64,000 bases of DNA from Bacteriovoracaceae bacterium (GTDB lineage Bacteria; Bdellovibrionota; UBA1018). The stretch spans positions 87,441 to 151,440 of the forward strand of contig CANFJX010000007.1 in assembly GCA_947447665.1 (NCBI GenBank), in the 5' to 3' direction. Position numbers and translations under genes: made by a program. Below are positions 9,479-19,124 of this stretch, piece by piece. Below the pieces are notes generated by a model. The model was given only the letters and a program-made list of their open reading frames with translations. It was not told the DNA's origin and searched no databases. Each line of letters opens with the position of its first letter. Within the stretch, counting starts at the first letter, position 1.

Positions 9479-10900
9479 ATGGCGATCCCGAATATTAGCC
9501 AAATTGGCCAATCAGGACTGAAGGCAGCTAAAGCAGGGATTTCCACGGCAGGTCATAATATTGCCAATGCTTCGAATGAGGGATATTCTCGTCAGCGGGT
9601 TCTAACTGAGTCAAGCACCCCGACTGGGAACTCGTTTGGTAAGAACTTTTTCGGCACCGGGACTTCTGTCGCACGAGTGGAGCGAGTCAATGATGAATAT
9701 GTTGAGAAACAGATTCGAAATGCCAATCGAGATTTAGCCCACTTCGAGGAAAAGGATTTGGTACTTAATCAAATTGAGGAAGTTTTTAATGAAATGGGTG
9801 GAGATGGCCTGAATCGACTAATCTCGAAGTTTTTTAATGACTTCAGAAAGCTTTCTGATCAGCCAGAGAGTACCGCTTTTAGAAATGTGGTCAGAGATGC
9901 TGGCCAGGCATTAACTAAAGAATTTCATAGAATTGATAAGCAAATGTCTGAGATTCGAGAGCACTTAGATTCACGAATTGAATCAGCTGTATCGGAAGCA
10001 AACGCGCTCGCAAAGGACGTAGCTGACCTGAACGAACAGATTCGACTTCAAGAGGTTCAGGGGGGCTCACCGAATGATCTTTTAGATAAAAGAGATGAGA
10101 CGGTGAAAAAGCTCAGTGCTTATATGGAGCTAGGAAGTTTTAAAGACTCGCATGGGAGCATCAGTTTGGACATTAAGGGAATCGGTCCGCTGGTATCGGG
10201 GTCGAGGTCCGAATCGCTGGGAGTTGTGCGGTCAGCGAGGGATCATCAGGGTAAAGCCGAAGGGTCCCTGGATATTGTCACCTCAGGTAGTGCCCATGGC
10301 ACCATTACTCATCAAATTAGGGGCGGAAAAATAGGAGCCCTCTTGGAGATTCGAGATCAGCAGATTTCTTCAGTCATGGGGCGATTGGATGAAATGGCTT
10401 ATGGAATCTCTGAGGCTATTAATGCAGTTCATTCTCAAGGGTTTACCTTGGATGGCCGAACGGGAGTCGCATTTTTTGAGCCTACCGAGTTACGAGGGGC
10501 CTCTAGGACCCTCGAGGTTTCGGAGGAAGTTCGTTCGGATGTGAGGGCTATTGCCACGGCTGCCGAGCCTGACTCGCCGGGAGATAACCGCATTGCCTTG
10601 GCGATTACCCAGCTTCAGGGGGAAAAGTTTTTGGGTGCGATGGGCTCAACAGTGGATGAATGGTATAGTTCTGTGGTCAGTGAGGTAGGGTCTCAATCAT
10701 CTCACAATAAATTCGCCTTGAGTCGAGAGAAAGACATAGTAACGCAGCTGGGTCGAGTCAGGGATCAAATTTCTGGGGTATCAGTCGACGAGGAAACCAC
10801 TCACTTGCTCGAGTTTCAGCACGCTTTCGAGGCTTCGGCTAAAGTGATTCAAATTGCGGATGAGATGCTGAAAACTATTCTCTCTCTCAAAAGAGATTAA
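9479..10900 (+). CDS. flgK: Hook-associated protein FlgK
   Basis: GHNIANASNEGYSRQRV, NDLLDKRD and SGVSVDEE motifs. Confidence 0.96.
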   Translation: MAIPNISQIGQSGLKAAKAGISTAGHNIANASNEGYSRQRVLTESSTPTGNSFGKNFFGTGTSVARVERVNDEYVEKQIRNANRDLAHFEEKDLVLNQIEEVFNEMGGDGLNRLISKFFNDFRKLSDQPESTAFRNVVRDAGQALTKEFHRIDKQMSEIREHLDSRIESAVSEANALAKDVADLNEQIRLQEVQGGSPNDLLDKRDETVKKLSAYMELGSFKDSHGSISLDIKGIGPLVSGSRSESLGVVRSARDHQGKAEGSLDIVTSGSAHGTITHQIRGGKIGALLEIRDQQISSVMGRLDEMAYGISEAINAVHSQGFTLDGRTGVAFFEPTELRGASRTLEVSEEVRSDVRAIATAAEPDSPGDNRIALAITQLQGEKFLGAMGSTVDEWYSSVVSEVGSQSSHNKFALSREKDIVTQLGRVRDQISGVSVDEETTHLLEFQHAFEASAKVIQIADEMLKTILSLKRD

Positions 10901-10933
10901 TTGTGAAACACTTTGAGCAAAAGGTAATATAGG

Positions 10934-11866
10934 ATGCGAGTAACTGAGGGCTCAAATTACGAGAATGTCCGAGACACACTTCGGCGAAGCCGCGAAAAGA
11001 TGGAGAATCTTCAAGCCCAAGCCGCATCTCTTAAAAAGGTGAATCGGCCGTCAGACGATCCCTCTGGGGCGGCCCAGCTTCTCAGGGTGAGGAGCGAAAA
11101 GTCGAATACCGAGCAGTTCCAATTAAATTCGAAGATTGCTGAAAATTTTCTTTCGAATACCGATCAAGGGATTTCGGATCTGGCCGATGTGGTGGTTAGA
11201 GCAAAAGAGCTCGCCATCGGACAGTCCAGTATGGCCAGCTCAAGCGAGGATACGCGCCGCGGAGTTGCAGAGGAAGTCAGTGAGCTTTTCCGGCAAGCAA
11301 TCTCAACAGCCAACCGGCGTGTTGGAGACCGCTATCTATTTGGTGGATATAAGACCCAATCACCCCCCATCGACTCAGGTGGTCGCTACTCGGGCGATCA
11401 GGGACAGATGATGGTTGAAATTGGAGATGACGTATTCATTTCTATGAATCTTCCAGGAGTAGATGTGTTTAATACTCACCCTAGCTCGGAGGCTTTGGGG
11501 GCTGGAGGGTATTCCGAGCCCGGGCCCGAAAATGTGAACATCTTCGATGAACTTCAAAGGCTAAAGATAGGCTTGGTGAGTGGGGACTTCAACGGGATTC
11601 GAGACACACTTGAGCGGTTTGATCAATTGCATGGTCAATTGATTGCGACTCGTGCTAAAGTTGGATCTCGTCTGCAAGGACTTCAGTATGCTAATCAGGC
11701 AATGGAGCGTCAGCAAATTTCAAATTCGATGCTGAGCTCATCTTTAGAAGATGCAGACATGGCACAAGTAGTGAGCGATTTAAATAAGCAAGAGTCAGTC
11801 TTTAAGAGTTCGCTAGCCGCATCCAAGCGATTGATTCAGCCAACACTGTTAGATTTTCTGAGGTAG
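10934..11866 (+). CDS. flgL: Hook-associated protein FlgL
   Basis: MRVT start, KKVNRPSDDP, RYLFGG and LEDADMA...TLLDFLR. Confidence 0.95.
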   Translation: MRVTEGSNYENVRDTLRRSREKMENLQAQAASLKKVNRPSDDPSGAAQLLRVRSEKSNTEQFQLNSKIAENFLSNTDQGISDLADVVVRAKELAIGQSSMASSSEDTRRGVAEEVSELFRQAISTANRRVGDRYLFGGYKTQSPPIDSGGRYSGDQGQMMVEIGDDVFISMNLPGVDVFNTHPSSEALGAGGYSEPGPENVNIFDELQRLKIGLVSGDFNGIRDTLERFDQLHGQLIATRAKVGSRLQGLQYANQAMERQQISNSMLSSSLEDADMAQVVSDLNKQESVFKSSLAASKRLIQPTLLDFLR

Positions 11867-11978
11867 TTTGGGCTTCAAATAAATGACACGGAGAGAAAAA
11901 GAGTTGCAACTAGTGGGGTGTTAGAATAAAGGTTCTTCCGGTAAAGGAATACTAGCTTTAATAAAAGATGGAGATCTT

Positions 11979-12203
11979 ATGTTAGTACTAACCCGTAAGT
12001 TGGGTGAAAGCATCGCGATCGACGATCATATCAAGGTGGTAGTCGTACAAATCAAGGGGAAGCAGGTTCGGCTTGGAATCCAGGCTCCCAAAGAAACAAA
12101 AATTCATCGTGAAGAGGTTTACGCAGCCATTCAAGACCAGAATAAAGAGGCTGTTAAATCCCCCATTGCTATGGGTCAAGTTTCTAAGGTTTTAAAAGGT
12201 TAA
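11979..12203 (+). CDS. csrA: Carbon storage regulator CsrA
   Basis: MLVLTRKLGESIAI...QVRLGIQAPKETKIHREEVY. Confidence 0.98.
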   Translation: MLVLTRKLGESIAIDDHIKVVVVQIKGKQVRLGIQAPKETKIHREEVYAAIQDQNKEAVKSPIAMGQVSKVLKG

Positions 12204-12237
12204 TTCTTCAGGTAACCTTTAACTCATAGACAAGGAG

Positions 12238-12801
12238 TTGAGCGTGATCATAGAAACAGGACGTTTTGGGCAGCTCACGGTCGGAGACGATGAGAAGATA
12301 TTAATACCTCAGGGTATTTTGGGTTTCCCGAATTACCGAAACTTCTGTTTGGTTGATCCAGGCGACGATACCTTGATTGTCTGGCTTCAGAGCCTGGATG
12401 ATCGCGGGATTGCATTTCCACTACTTGAACCAAAAATTTTTAGACCTGATTATGCTGCCCGGCTTTCGGCAGCAGAGCTTCGTGAGTTGAAGCTTGAAAA
12501 TGTGAATCAATCAGCAGTTTTTAGTATTTTGACTATTCCAGAAGACATCACTCAGATGACTGCAAATTTGAAGGCACCTTTAGTGATTAATCTTAAGGAG
12601 CATCTCGCTAAACAAGTGGTTTTGCAGGAAAATGAGTACACGATTAAGAGCGAAATGTTTAAAGAGCTCAAGGCTCACTTGATCACGATTCGGTCCCAGC
12701 TGCGAGCGAGTTCGGCAATACATGACGAGCCAGCTCATAGCGTGGCTATTCCGATCCGAAATATTCCACCATCGCTGACAGTAAAGAGTCTAACGGTCTA
12801 A
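12238..12801 (+). CDS. fliW: Flagellar assembly factor FliW
   Basis: TGRFG, GILGFP, WLQSLD and TANLKAPLVIN; TTG start after AAGGAG. Confidence 0.95.
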   Translation: MSVIIETGRFGQLTVGDDEKILIPQGILGFPNYRNFCLVDPGDDTLIVWLQSLDDRGIAFPLLEPKIFRPDYAARLSAAELRELKLENVNQSAVFSILTIPEDITQMTANLKAPLVINLKEHLAKQVVLQENEYTIKSEMFKELKAHLITIRSQLRASSAIHDEPAHSVAIPIRNIPPSLTVKSLTV

Positions 12802-12805
12802 ACTG

Positions 12806-13528
12806 CTAGGCCTGCCCTCTGGCTTTTTTGGACATTTCTAAGTAGGCCTGAGCTTCTCGATTTTTAGGTTCAACTTGAAACACGCCTTCCCATTCTAACT
12901 CTGCGTCGAGCAGGTTGCCTTGGCTATAGTGAAGCAGTCCAAGTTGAATGCGTGCAGGAGAAAATTCGGGATTCTCTCTTTTAAGTTGTTGTAGCTCTTG
13001 CATGGAGCGGGTCAAGAAGCCCTTCTTGGCGTAGGTTTTGGCCCTTCTAATTCGAATCTCAAGTGTTGTGGGATCTAAGCGAACCGCCTGGTTGTATTGC
13101 TCGAGAGCTTCGTCATATCTTCGATACCGGAAATAGAGATCCGCCAATTCGAGGTGTTTTACTGCAAACTTGCGGTCGATGCCCCAGTCATCTTGGTTGG
13201 AGTCTTTTGAGATCGATTGATTCGCTTGCTCGAAAATTTTCTTCGCGTCGTCATACTTGCCTAGATCATTTAGCAGAACTGAGAGACAGACGGCGGCATC
13301 GGTGTGGTGGGGGTCGAGAGACAGGGCTTTCTTAATCGAATCCACCGTGAGGGGTATCTGCCCCTGAAAGTAGTGAAAAACACCTAAAAGATAGTGACCT
13401 TCGGCATCGTTTGGATATTTCTGGATATGGCTTCTAATTAGCTCTCCCGCTTTTAAATAGTTCCGTTTTGAAAGGAGCTCTTGAATTTGGGAAGGGTCCA
13501 GTGACCCACTCGGTTTACTGTGTGCCAT
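12806..13528 (-). CDS. Tetratricopeptide repeat protein
   Basis: Multiple TPR patterns (AEGHYLLGVFHY, ALSLDP, ARIQLGLLHY). Confidence 0.88.
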   Translation of the reverse strand: MAHSKPSGSLDPSQIQELLSKRNYLKAGELIRSHIQKYPNDAEGHYLLGVFHYFQGQIPLTVDSIKKALSLDPHHTDAAVCLSVLLNDLGKYDDAKKIFEQANQSISKDSNQDDWGIDRKFAVKHLELADLYFRYRRYDEALEQYNQAVRLDPTTLEIRIRRAKTYAKKGFLTRSMQELQQLKRENPEFSPARIQLGLLHYSQGNLLDAELEWEGVFQVEPKNREAQAYLEMSKKARGQA

Positions 13529-14192
13529 ATTTTTTAGATCCTTCGGCTGCGTCGATCTTTTTCTTTGTCTCTGTCAGTTTTGAATCGGCGACTTTGGCTT
13601 CATCTGTATCCGGATAAAGTTGAAGAATTTTTTCGTATCGAGATTGGGCAGAAAGATAAATCTCCCGACGAAAATAAAAGTCACCAATTAAGAGTTCCTT
13701 TTCAGCTAACCTTTTACGAATATTAACTACATCTTTGCGTGCTTCAACCGCCTCAGGCGACTCCGAAAATCGATTAAGGAAATCCTGATAAGCTTCTAGT
13801 GCCTTTTTTAGGGGACTTAGGTCTCGTTCGAGCAAGGTAGGGGCATCCTGTAGATAAGATTTGCCAATTCGAAACATAGCATAAGCCACTTTTGCGTGTT
13901 TGGGGTGTAAGTCCTTGAATATTTGATAATTTGCTGCTGCCTCAGCAAAAAGGTCCTCGATGAAGTAGACGTCAGCAATGCGAAGTTGGGATTCTGCTGC
14001 AAAATTGGAGTACGGGAATTTATTTTTGATGGCCTGGAGTTTATCGATCGCAATTTGATAGTGATCGCTCTCAATTTCAGACTGGGCATCCTTAAAAAGG
14101 GAGGCAGGATCCTTCTCGTCGACAGGCACGGAGCTGCACCCGGTGGCCAAGGTCAAAATTGAAGTGAATACGAGCAGACAGATTTTTTTCAT
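13515..14192 (-). CDS. bamD: Outer membrane protein assembly factor BamD
   Basis: Lipobox LATGC; FPYSNFA, LHPKH, LAEKELLIGDFY and YPDT motifs. Confidence 0.93.
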   Translation of the reverse strand: MKKICLLVFTSILTLATGCSSVPVDEKDPASLFKDAQSEIESDHYQIAIDKLQAIKNKFPYSNFAAESQLRIADVYFIEDLFAEAAANYQIFKDLHPKHAKVAYAMFRIGKSYLQDAPTLLERDLSPLKKALEAYQDFLNRFSESPEAVEARKDVVNIRKRLAEKELLIGDFYFRREIYLSAQSRYEKILQLYPDTDEAKVADSKLTETKKKIDAAEGSKKYGTQ

Positions 14193-14235
14193 TCCCGGGA
14201 TCCTCTTTGCTTCCCATGATTAACCAAACTCACCG

Positions 14236-15024
14236 TTATAAAATCAACAGGCTTTTTGATTTGACCCAGCCGATGCCTTCTGACGAGTACCGTACTTGAT
14301 TCCAATTTTCGTCGGCACCTTCTTGGGAGCTGAGAGGTCCCAAGATTCTAAGTTTCGATCCGAGTTCTGCTTCCTCAAGTAGCTGAAAATGGTCTCCGGG
14401 GCCGCTCCGAATCGTTTGCTTTTCAAGAAGGATGGCACACGGATGGGAATTAGCCCAAAGTCGAATTCCATAAACAGCCAGCGTAATGCTCAGGGCCAGC
14501 GTGCCGAGGTAGGCTGCAGGGTGGAAAAATACCGTTTTGATTTGTTGAGTTCTAGCATAGTTTCGGATCCAAATCATGATCAGCGCGAGGGTGAAAAAAC
14601 CAAGAGTAGCTCGAACCTCGTCGAAGGACACTTGATCTGCGAGCTGTTCGACCCAAGAGGAGGCCGGGTCGAGGCGTTCGGATCCAATTTTTTGACTCAG
14701 AGATTGCCGCGCTAAGCTCAGATTTGCTTGAATATCCGAATGGTGAGGCCGGATGCGATTAGCTTTTTCTAAGTTTGCCACAGCAAGCCCAGTGTTACCC
14801 AGCTGGTAGTAGGTCGTACCAAGATTATAATAATAAGAGCTGTCATTCGGGCGAGCATGAGCGAGTAATCCAGCAAGTGCTTCGCTCCAACGGCCAGAGT
14901 CAAAGTGGCTCTTTGCTTCATCCCATTCGGCCCAGGAGTCGGCGCCTTTGGTTGCAAATGCAGGGTGAGGAACCCAGACAGTGATGAAGACGACAAAAAG
15001 GAAAAGACCCAACGCTCTGCGCAT
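14236..15024 (-). CDS. BatE-like TPR plus SH3 membrane protein
   Basis: YYNLGTTYY...NLEKA TPR, two TM segments, and an SH3b-like RSGPG...GWV C-terminus. Confidence 0.75.
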   Translation of the reverse strand: MRRALGLFLFVVFITVWVPHPAFATKGADSWAEWDEAKSHFDSGRWSEALAGLLAHARPNDSSYYYNLGTTYYQLGNTGLAVANLEKANRIRPHHSDIQANLSLARQSLSQKIGSERLDPASSWVEQLADQVSFDEVRATLGFFTLALIMIWIRNYARTQQIKTVFFHPAAYLGTLALSITLAVYGIRLWANSHPCAILLEKQTIRSGPGDHFQLLEEAELGSKLRILGPLSSQEGADENWNQVRYSSEGIGWVKSKSLLIL

Positions 15025-15152
15025 TTCACAAAAATCCCATTATAGCCGAAAGCTTGCAACAAAAATAAGCTCATGATATTTCTTCAACGAGCATCCCTGT
15101 GGGTTTTTTTAGCTCTTTTCGCCCCTCATTACCTGCTAGTAGAGGAGTCTTC

Positions 15153-16589
15153 ATGTCCCTAATGTTGAGCCCCGTGAGCTCTGTCTTAAGACAATCAGCA
15201 CGTTTTGTTTCCGCCAAGAGTGAGTTGCTTGCCTCGATCCTAGAGGCCAGTTCAACGATTCGCGGAATTCGCCCGAGCTCAACTTCGAGCGAAGTGAGGG
15301 AACTCTTTCAGTCGGCCATTCGAGGTTTCGCCAAGGACCGGGGCCGGGACCTCTACTTTCCTTTTCTTGCGTCTGGATTAGGCTCTGGACCATGGGTTGA
15401 GCTAGTCGATGGCAGCGTTAAATTTGATATGATCACTGGAATTGGAATCCATTTCTTTGGTCACTCCCATCCGGCATTGATTGAAGAGATGATTGAGGGA
15501 CTGCCAAGCGACATCATGCAGGGGAATCTTGAGCCTGGAATCGAGATGAGGGATCTGCTTCGTGCGCTTCTGTCGCGAGTGGGAGAGGGAAGCCGACTGG
15601 CTCACGGTTGGCTCATGTGCAGTGGAACGATGGTAAATGAGGTTGCTCTAAAGATCGTTCGCCAAAAGAAATTCCCTGCCACCAAGGTGTTAGCATTTAA
15701 GGACTGTTTTGCTGGGCGCTCGACTGCCATGCAGGAAATTACCGACAATCCAGGGTATCGTCAAGGTCAGCCGACTTATGGTGAAGTTTTCTATTTGTCT
15801 TTCTATGATCCCAAACTGGGCTTACAACCCAGTGTCGATCGTACTTTAACGGAAATGCGGGAGCACCTGACCCGATTCCCTGGTCAATTCGCTCTCCTAA
15901 TGACAGAGCTGGTTCAGGGTGAGGGTGGCTTTCAGTATGCCCCCAGGGATTATTACGTTCGGGTTTTTGAGGAGGCAAAGAAAGCGGGGCTAGCCCTTTG
16001 GATGGATGAGGTTCAAACGTTTGGGCGAACTGGCGAGCTCTTCGCCTATCAGAAATTTGATCTGAATGAATTTGTCGATGTAGTGACAGTGGGTAAAATG
16101 TTGCAGTCTTGCGCACTTCTCTACACGGCAGAATACAATCCTAAGCCGGGCCTCGTGGCCGGAACGTTCTCAGGAAGTACGGCTGCCTTGCGAACTGCAA
16201 GAAGAGTTTTAGAGCTTTTAGATGAGGGCAAATTCCTAGGTGAGGGTGGGCGAATTGAAAGACTCTCAGCTAAATTCGTCGAGGGATTAGAAAGTCTAAG
16301 AGTAGGCAATTGCAAAGGGATGATCGGGGAGGTTCGTGCAATCGGCGGGATGATCGGATTTGAGCCTTTCAGTGGGACTATGGAAGACGTGAAGGCTGTG
16401 CTCATGAAGTTATTTGATTTGGGAGTCATTGCATTCTATTGCGGCCATGGGCCTTATCTAATTCGAATGCTTCCTCCCCTTGGTGCAATGGACGAAGATC
16501 ACATCGAACAAGTTTGCCAAGTCATTCAGCATGCACTCACTGAAGTGGACCGTCAGCGCAAAGGTGAGAGCTCCAAGGAGAAGGTATGA
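15153..16589 (+). CDS. Class III PLP aminotransferase (AstC/ArgD-like)
   Basis: FAGRS, ELVQGEGG, DEVQTFGRTG, VGK (PLP Lys) and GTFSG; SD GAGGAG before ATG 15153. Confidence 0.88.
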   Translation: MSLMLSPVSSVLRQSARFVSAKSELLASILEASSTIRGIRPSSTSSEVRELFQSAIRGFAKDRGRDLYFPFLASGLGSGPWVELVDGSVKFDMITGIGIHFFGHSHPALIEEMIEGLPSDIMQGNLEPGIEMRDLLRALLSRVGEGSRLAHGWLMCSGTMVNEVALKIVRQKKFPATKVLAFKDCFAGRSTAMQEITDNPGYRQGQPTYGEVFYLSFYDPKLGLQPSVDRTLTEMREHLTRFPGQFALLMTELVQGEGGFQYAPRDYYVRVFEEAKKAGLALWMDEVQTFGRTGELFAYQKFDLNEFVDVVTVGKMLQSCALLYTAEYNPKPGLVAGTFSGSTAALRTARRVLELLDEGKFLGEGGRIERLSAKFVEGLESLRVGNCKGMIGEVRAIGGMIGFEPFSGTMEDVKAVLMKLFDLGVIAFYCGHGPYLIRMLPPLGAMDEDHIEQVCQVIQHALTEVDRQRKGESSKEKV

Positions 16590-18067
16590 AGCGGTTCCTA
16601 GAAGAAGCGAAACGGATCATTCGAATTAACTCAGTGAGCGTCAATGGCAATGAAGAGATGGCCAATTTTGCAGCTGCATTGATGCAGGATCGTGGGCTGA
16701 AAACTCAAGTTCAGCACGTAACACACTCAAATGAGAATATTTCGAAGCGACAGTTTAATGTCATTGGGATTATTGGCGATCCGTTAGTAGATAGAAAAAT
16801 TAGAAAGGGCATTTTGCTCAATACTCATTTAGACACAGTGAGTCCGGGCATTCTAGAGAATTGGTCAGAGACGGGGGGCGATCCCTTTGCTGCGACGGTC
16901 AAGGACGGTAAGATTTTTGGGTTGGGGTCGGCTGATGTTAAACTCGATTTTCTATGTAAGCTTCATGCGGTTGAAAAGTTTCGCGAGCGCAAATTAAAAA
17001 ATCCGATTTATCTAGTTGGAACTTGTGGTGAGGAGATCGGAATGTTCGGGGCTAAATACTTAATTAAGTCCCTGGCTCTAAACCCTAAATACGTTTTGGT
17101 GGGAGAGCCTTCTGATCTCAAGGTGGTCTATGCGCATAAATGTTTAAATATCTACCGAGTCTCCATTGGCTATCAAATGGTCGAGCGCGATGCTCGCGGG
17201 TTTAATCGGAGGATCGATTTACATTCTTTCGGTAAGTCTGCGCACAGCTCTTATCCTCACTTGGGTACTAATGCAATTCTCGGTGCTGTAGACTTTCTGC
17301 ACCGGGCGATGGATCAGGGATTTGAGATGAGATTCACTCGACTCGATGGTGGGGATACGATTAATAAAGTCCCAGATCATTCCCTCACTCAGTTCTATCT
17401 GACATCTCACCAATTTGAAGATTTTAAGAGGTTCTTTCGTGAAGTTGTTCGAGCTGAGGGGAAAGAGCGATCTTTTCGTGTGGAGCTCGGCGGTGTCGGA
17501 GAAGCGGGAGTTCGGTTTCTGCCCGAGCCCCTATTTCCCTGCCTAACAGAGGTGGTAGAATTTTTCAAAGCGACCTCGACCGAGTTTCAATCCACTCGCG
17601 ATGACACCTACGACCCTGATTTTTCTACTGTTAACTTCGGACAGTTAAAACAGCGTTTAGGGGGTGTTGATCTTCACTTCGATATGCGCCTTTTACCCGA
17701 AATTTCTCCTCAAGATATAGAAAAGAAAATCAAGTTAGGGGTTCGAGAAATCGCAAGTAAGTACCCTAATCTGAACGTCGACGTGACATTGGAGCGAATG
17801 AATCCGAGCTTGAATATGAGCATGAACGACCCACTGATCGACATTTGCCGTGATTCCATGGAAAGTGTCGGGATTGAGCCGCTTTTTTCGAAGAAGGCAA
17901 CGTCTACCGAGGCAGCTCAATATTTTCAGGCGGGATATCAGGCCGTCGTTTTTGGCCCGGGTACTTCACAGGGAAACAGTCACAGTCCAAATGAGCATAA
18001 TCGGTTGGAGGATATCGAAAAAGCCATAGGATTTTATGAAAAAGTAATCGAAAGAGTTTGCCTATGA
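16586..18067 (+). CDS. M20 family metallo-deacylase (ArgE/DapE-like)
   Basis: Metal ligands THLDTV, GSADVK, GEEIG, GEPS and SHSPNE. Confidence 0.88.
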   Translation: MKRFLEEAKRIIRINSVSVNGNEEMANFAAALMQDRGLKTQVQHVTHSNENISKRQFNVIGIIGDPLVDRKIRKGILLNTHLDTVSPGILENWSETGGDPFAATVKDGKIFGLGSADVKLDFLCKLHAVEKFRERKLKNPIYLVGTCGEEIGMFGAKYLIKSLALNPKYVLVGEPSDLKVVYAHKCLNIYRVSIGYQMVERDARGFNRRIDLHSFGKSAHSSYPHLGTNAILGAVDFLHRAMDQGFEMRFTRLDGGDTINKVPDHSLTQFYLTSHQFEDFKRFFREVVRAEGKERSFRVELGGVGEAGVRFLPEPLFPCLTEVVEFFKATSTEFQSTRDDTYDPDFSTVNFGQLKQRLGGVDLHFDMRLLPEISPQDIEKKIKLGVREIASKYPNLNVDVTLERMNPSLNMSMNDPLIDICRDSMESVGIEPLFSKKATSTEAAQYFQAGYQAVVFGPGTSQGNSHSPNEHNRLEDIEKAIGFYEKVIERVCL

Positions 18068-19107
18068 TTCTGCTGAGGGAGATTCAAGAACAGGATATTG
18101 AGGCACTTGAGGCTTTTTCACAGATTCCTGGATTTATTAATCTTCCCAATGATCGCGATCTCTTAATGGAAAAGATCCAGAAGTCTCAGGCTTCGTTTCG
18201 TGATCGCGATCAGTTACTCCAAAGTGGTAAATATCTCTTCGTAGCAGAAGACATCGAGACCAAGCGAATTTTAGGCACATCGATGATTGCTGGTCAGCAC
18301 GGCACCGTTGAGTCTCCTCATTTTTATTTTGAAGTTGGAAATGAGGAAAGGTATTCCTCCACAATCAGCACTGGTTTTATTCATGGAACATTGAAACTTA
18401 AGTACGAAACCAACGGTCCTTCTGAAATTGGAGGTCTGGTCCTTGATCTAGAAGATAGGAATTCTGAATCTAGAATCGGAAGGCAGATTTCATTTGTTCG
18501 CTTTTTGTTTATGGGTTTGAACAGGAATCGCTTTAAAAAGAAGCTCTTGGCAGAGCTCCTCCCTCCAGTGAATAAAAAAGGGCAATCCCCTCTCTGGGAG
18601 GCTATCGGCCGCAGGTTTACTAATATGGATTATTGGGAGGCAGATCAGCTTGCCCAAAAAAGTAAGGATTTTATTTTGTCTCTCTTCCCTTCTGGGAAAA
18701 TTTATACGACTTTTCTTCCGGCAGAGGCAAGAAATGCAATTGGTAAGGTTGGGAAAGAGACCGAGCCGGTGCTGCATATGCTTAATAAGATTGGATTCCG
18801 TTATCGTGGACACGTCGACCCATTTGACGGAGGCCCGCACTTATTAGCTAATGTTGAAGAGATTCTACCGATAAAAAAGCTCCGAAAGTTGAGATTAGAT
18901 CCTGTCGAACCCCGAGAAATGCCAACCATTCGAGAATCAGGTCTTCTGTGTCGATTGGATCAGAACTTGGGTGAGTTTCGAAGTGTTATGGTCCAAGCCT
19001 CAGTTCAGGAAGATAGAATTCAGGTTTTGGAGCCCCCTCAAAATATTTTATGTTCTGTCTTGGGCTTGAGTTCTGACGCTCAAGTCGCGTTCATGCCGTT
19101 TTATTAA
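18064..19107 (+). CDS. astA: Arginine N-succinyltransferase
   Basis: GFINLP, YLFVAED, SEIGGLVL, SPLWEAIGRRFTNMDY and DPFDGGP. Confidence 0.92.
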   Translation: MILLREIQEQDIEALEAFSQIPGFINLPNDRDLLMEKIQKSQASFRDRDQLLQSGKYLFVAEDIETKRILGTSMIAGQHGTVESPHFYFEVGNEERYSSTISTGFIHGTLKLKYETNGPSEIGGLVLDLEDRNSESRIGRQISFVRFLFMGLNRNRFKKKLLAELLPPVNKKGQSPLWEAIGRRFTNMDYWEADQLAQKSKDFILSLFPSGKIYTTFLPAEARNAIGKVGKETEPVLHMLNKIGFRYRGHVDPFDGGPHLLANVEEILPIKKLRKLRLDPVEPREMPTIRESGLLCRLDQNLGEFRSVMVQASVQEDRIQVLEPPQNILCSVLGLSSDAQVAFMPFY

Positions 19108-19124
19108 TTTTGGGAGGTGTTGAT

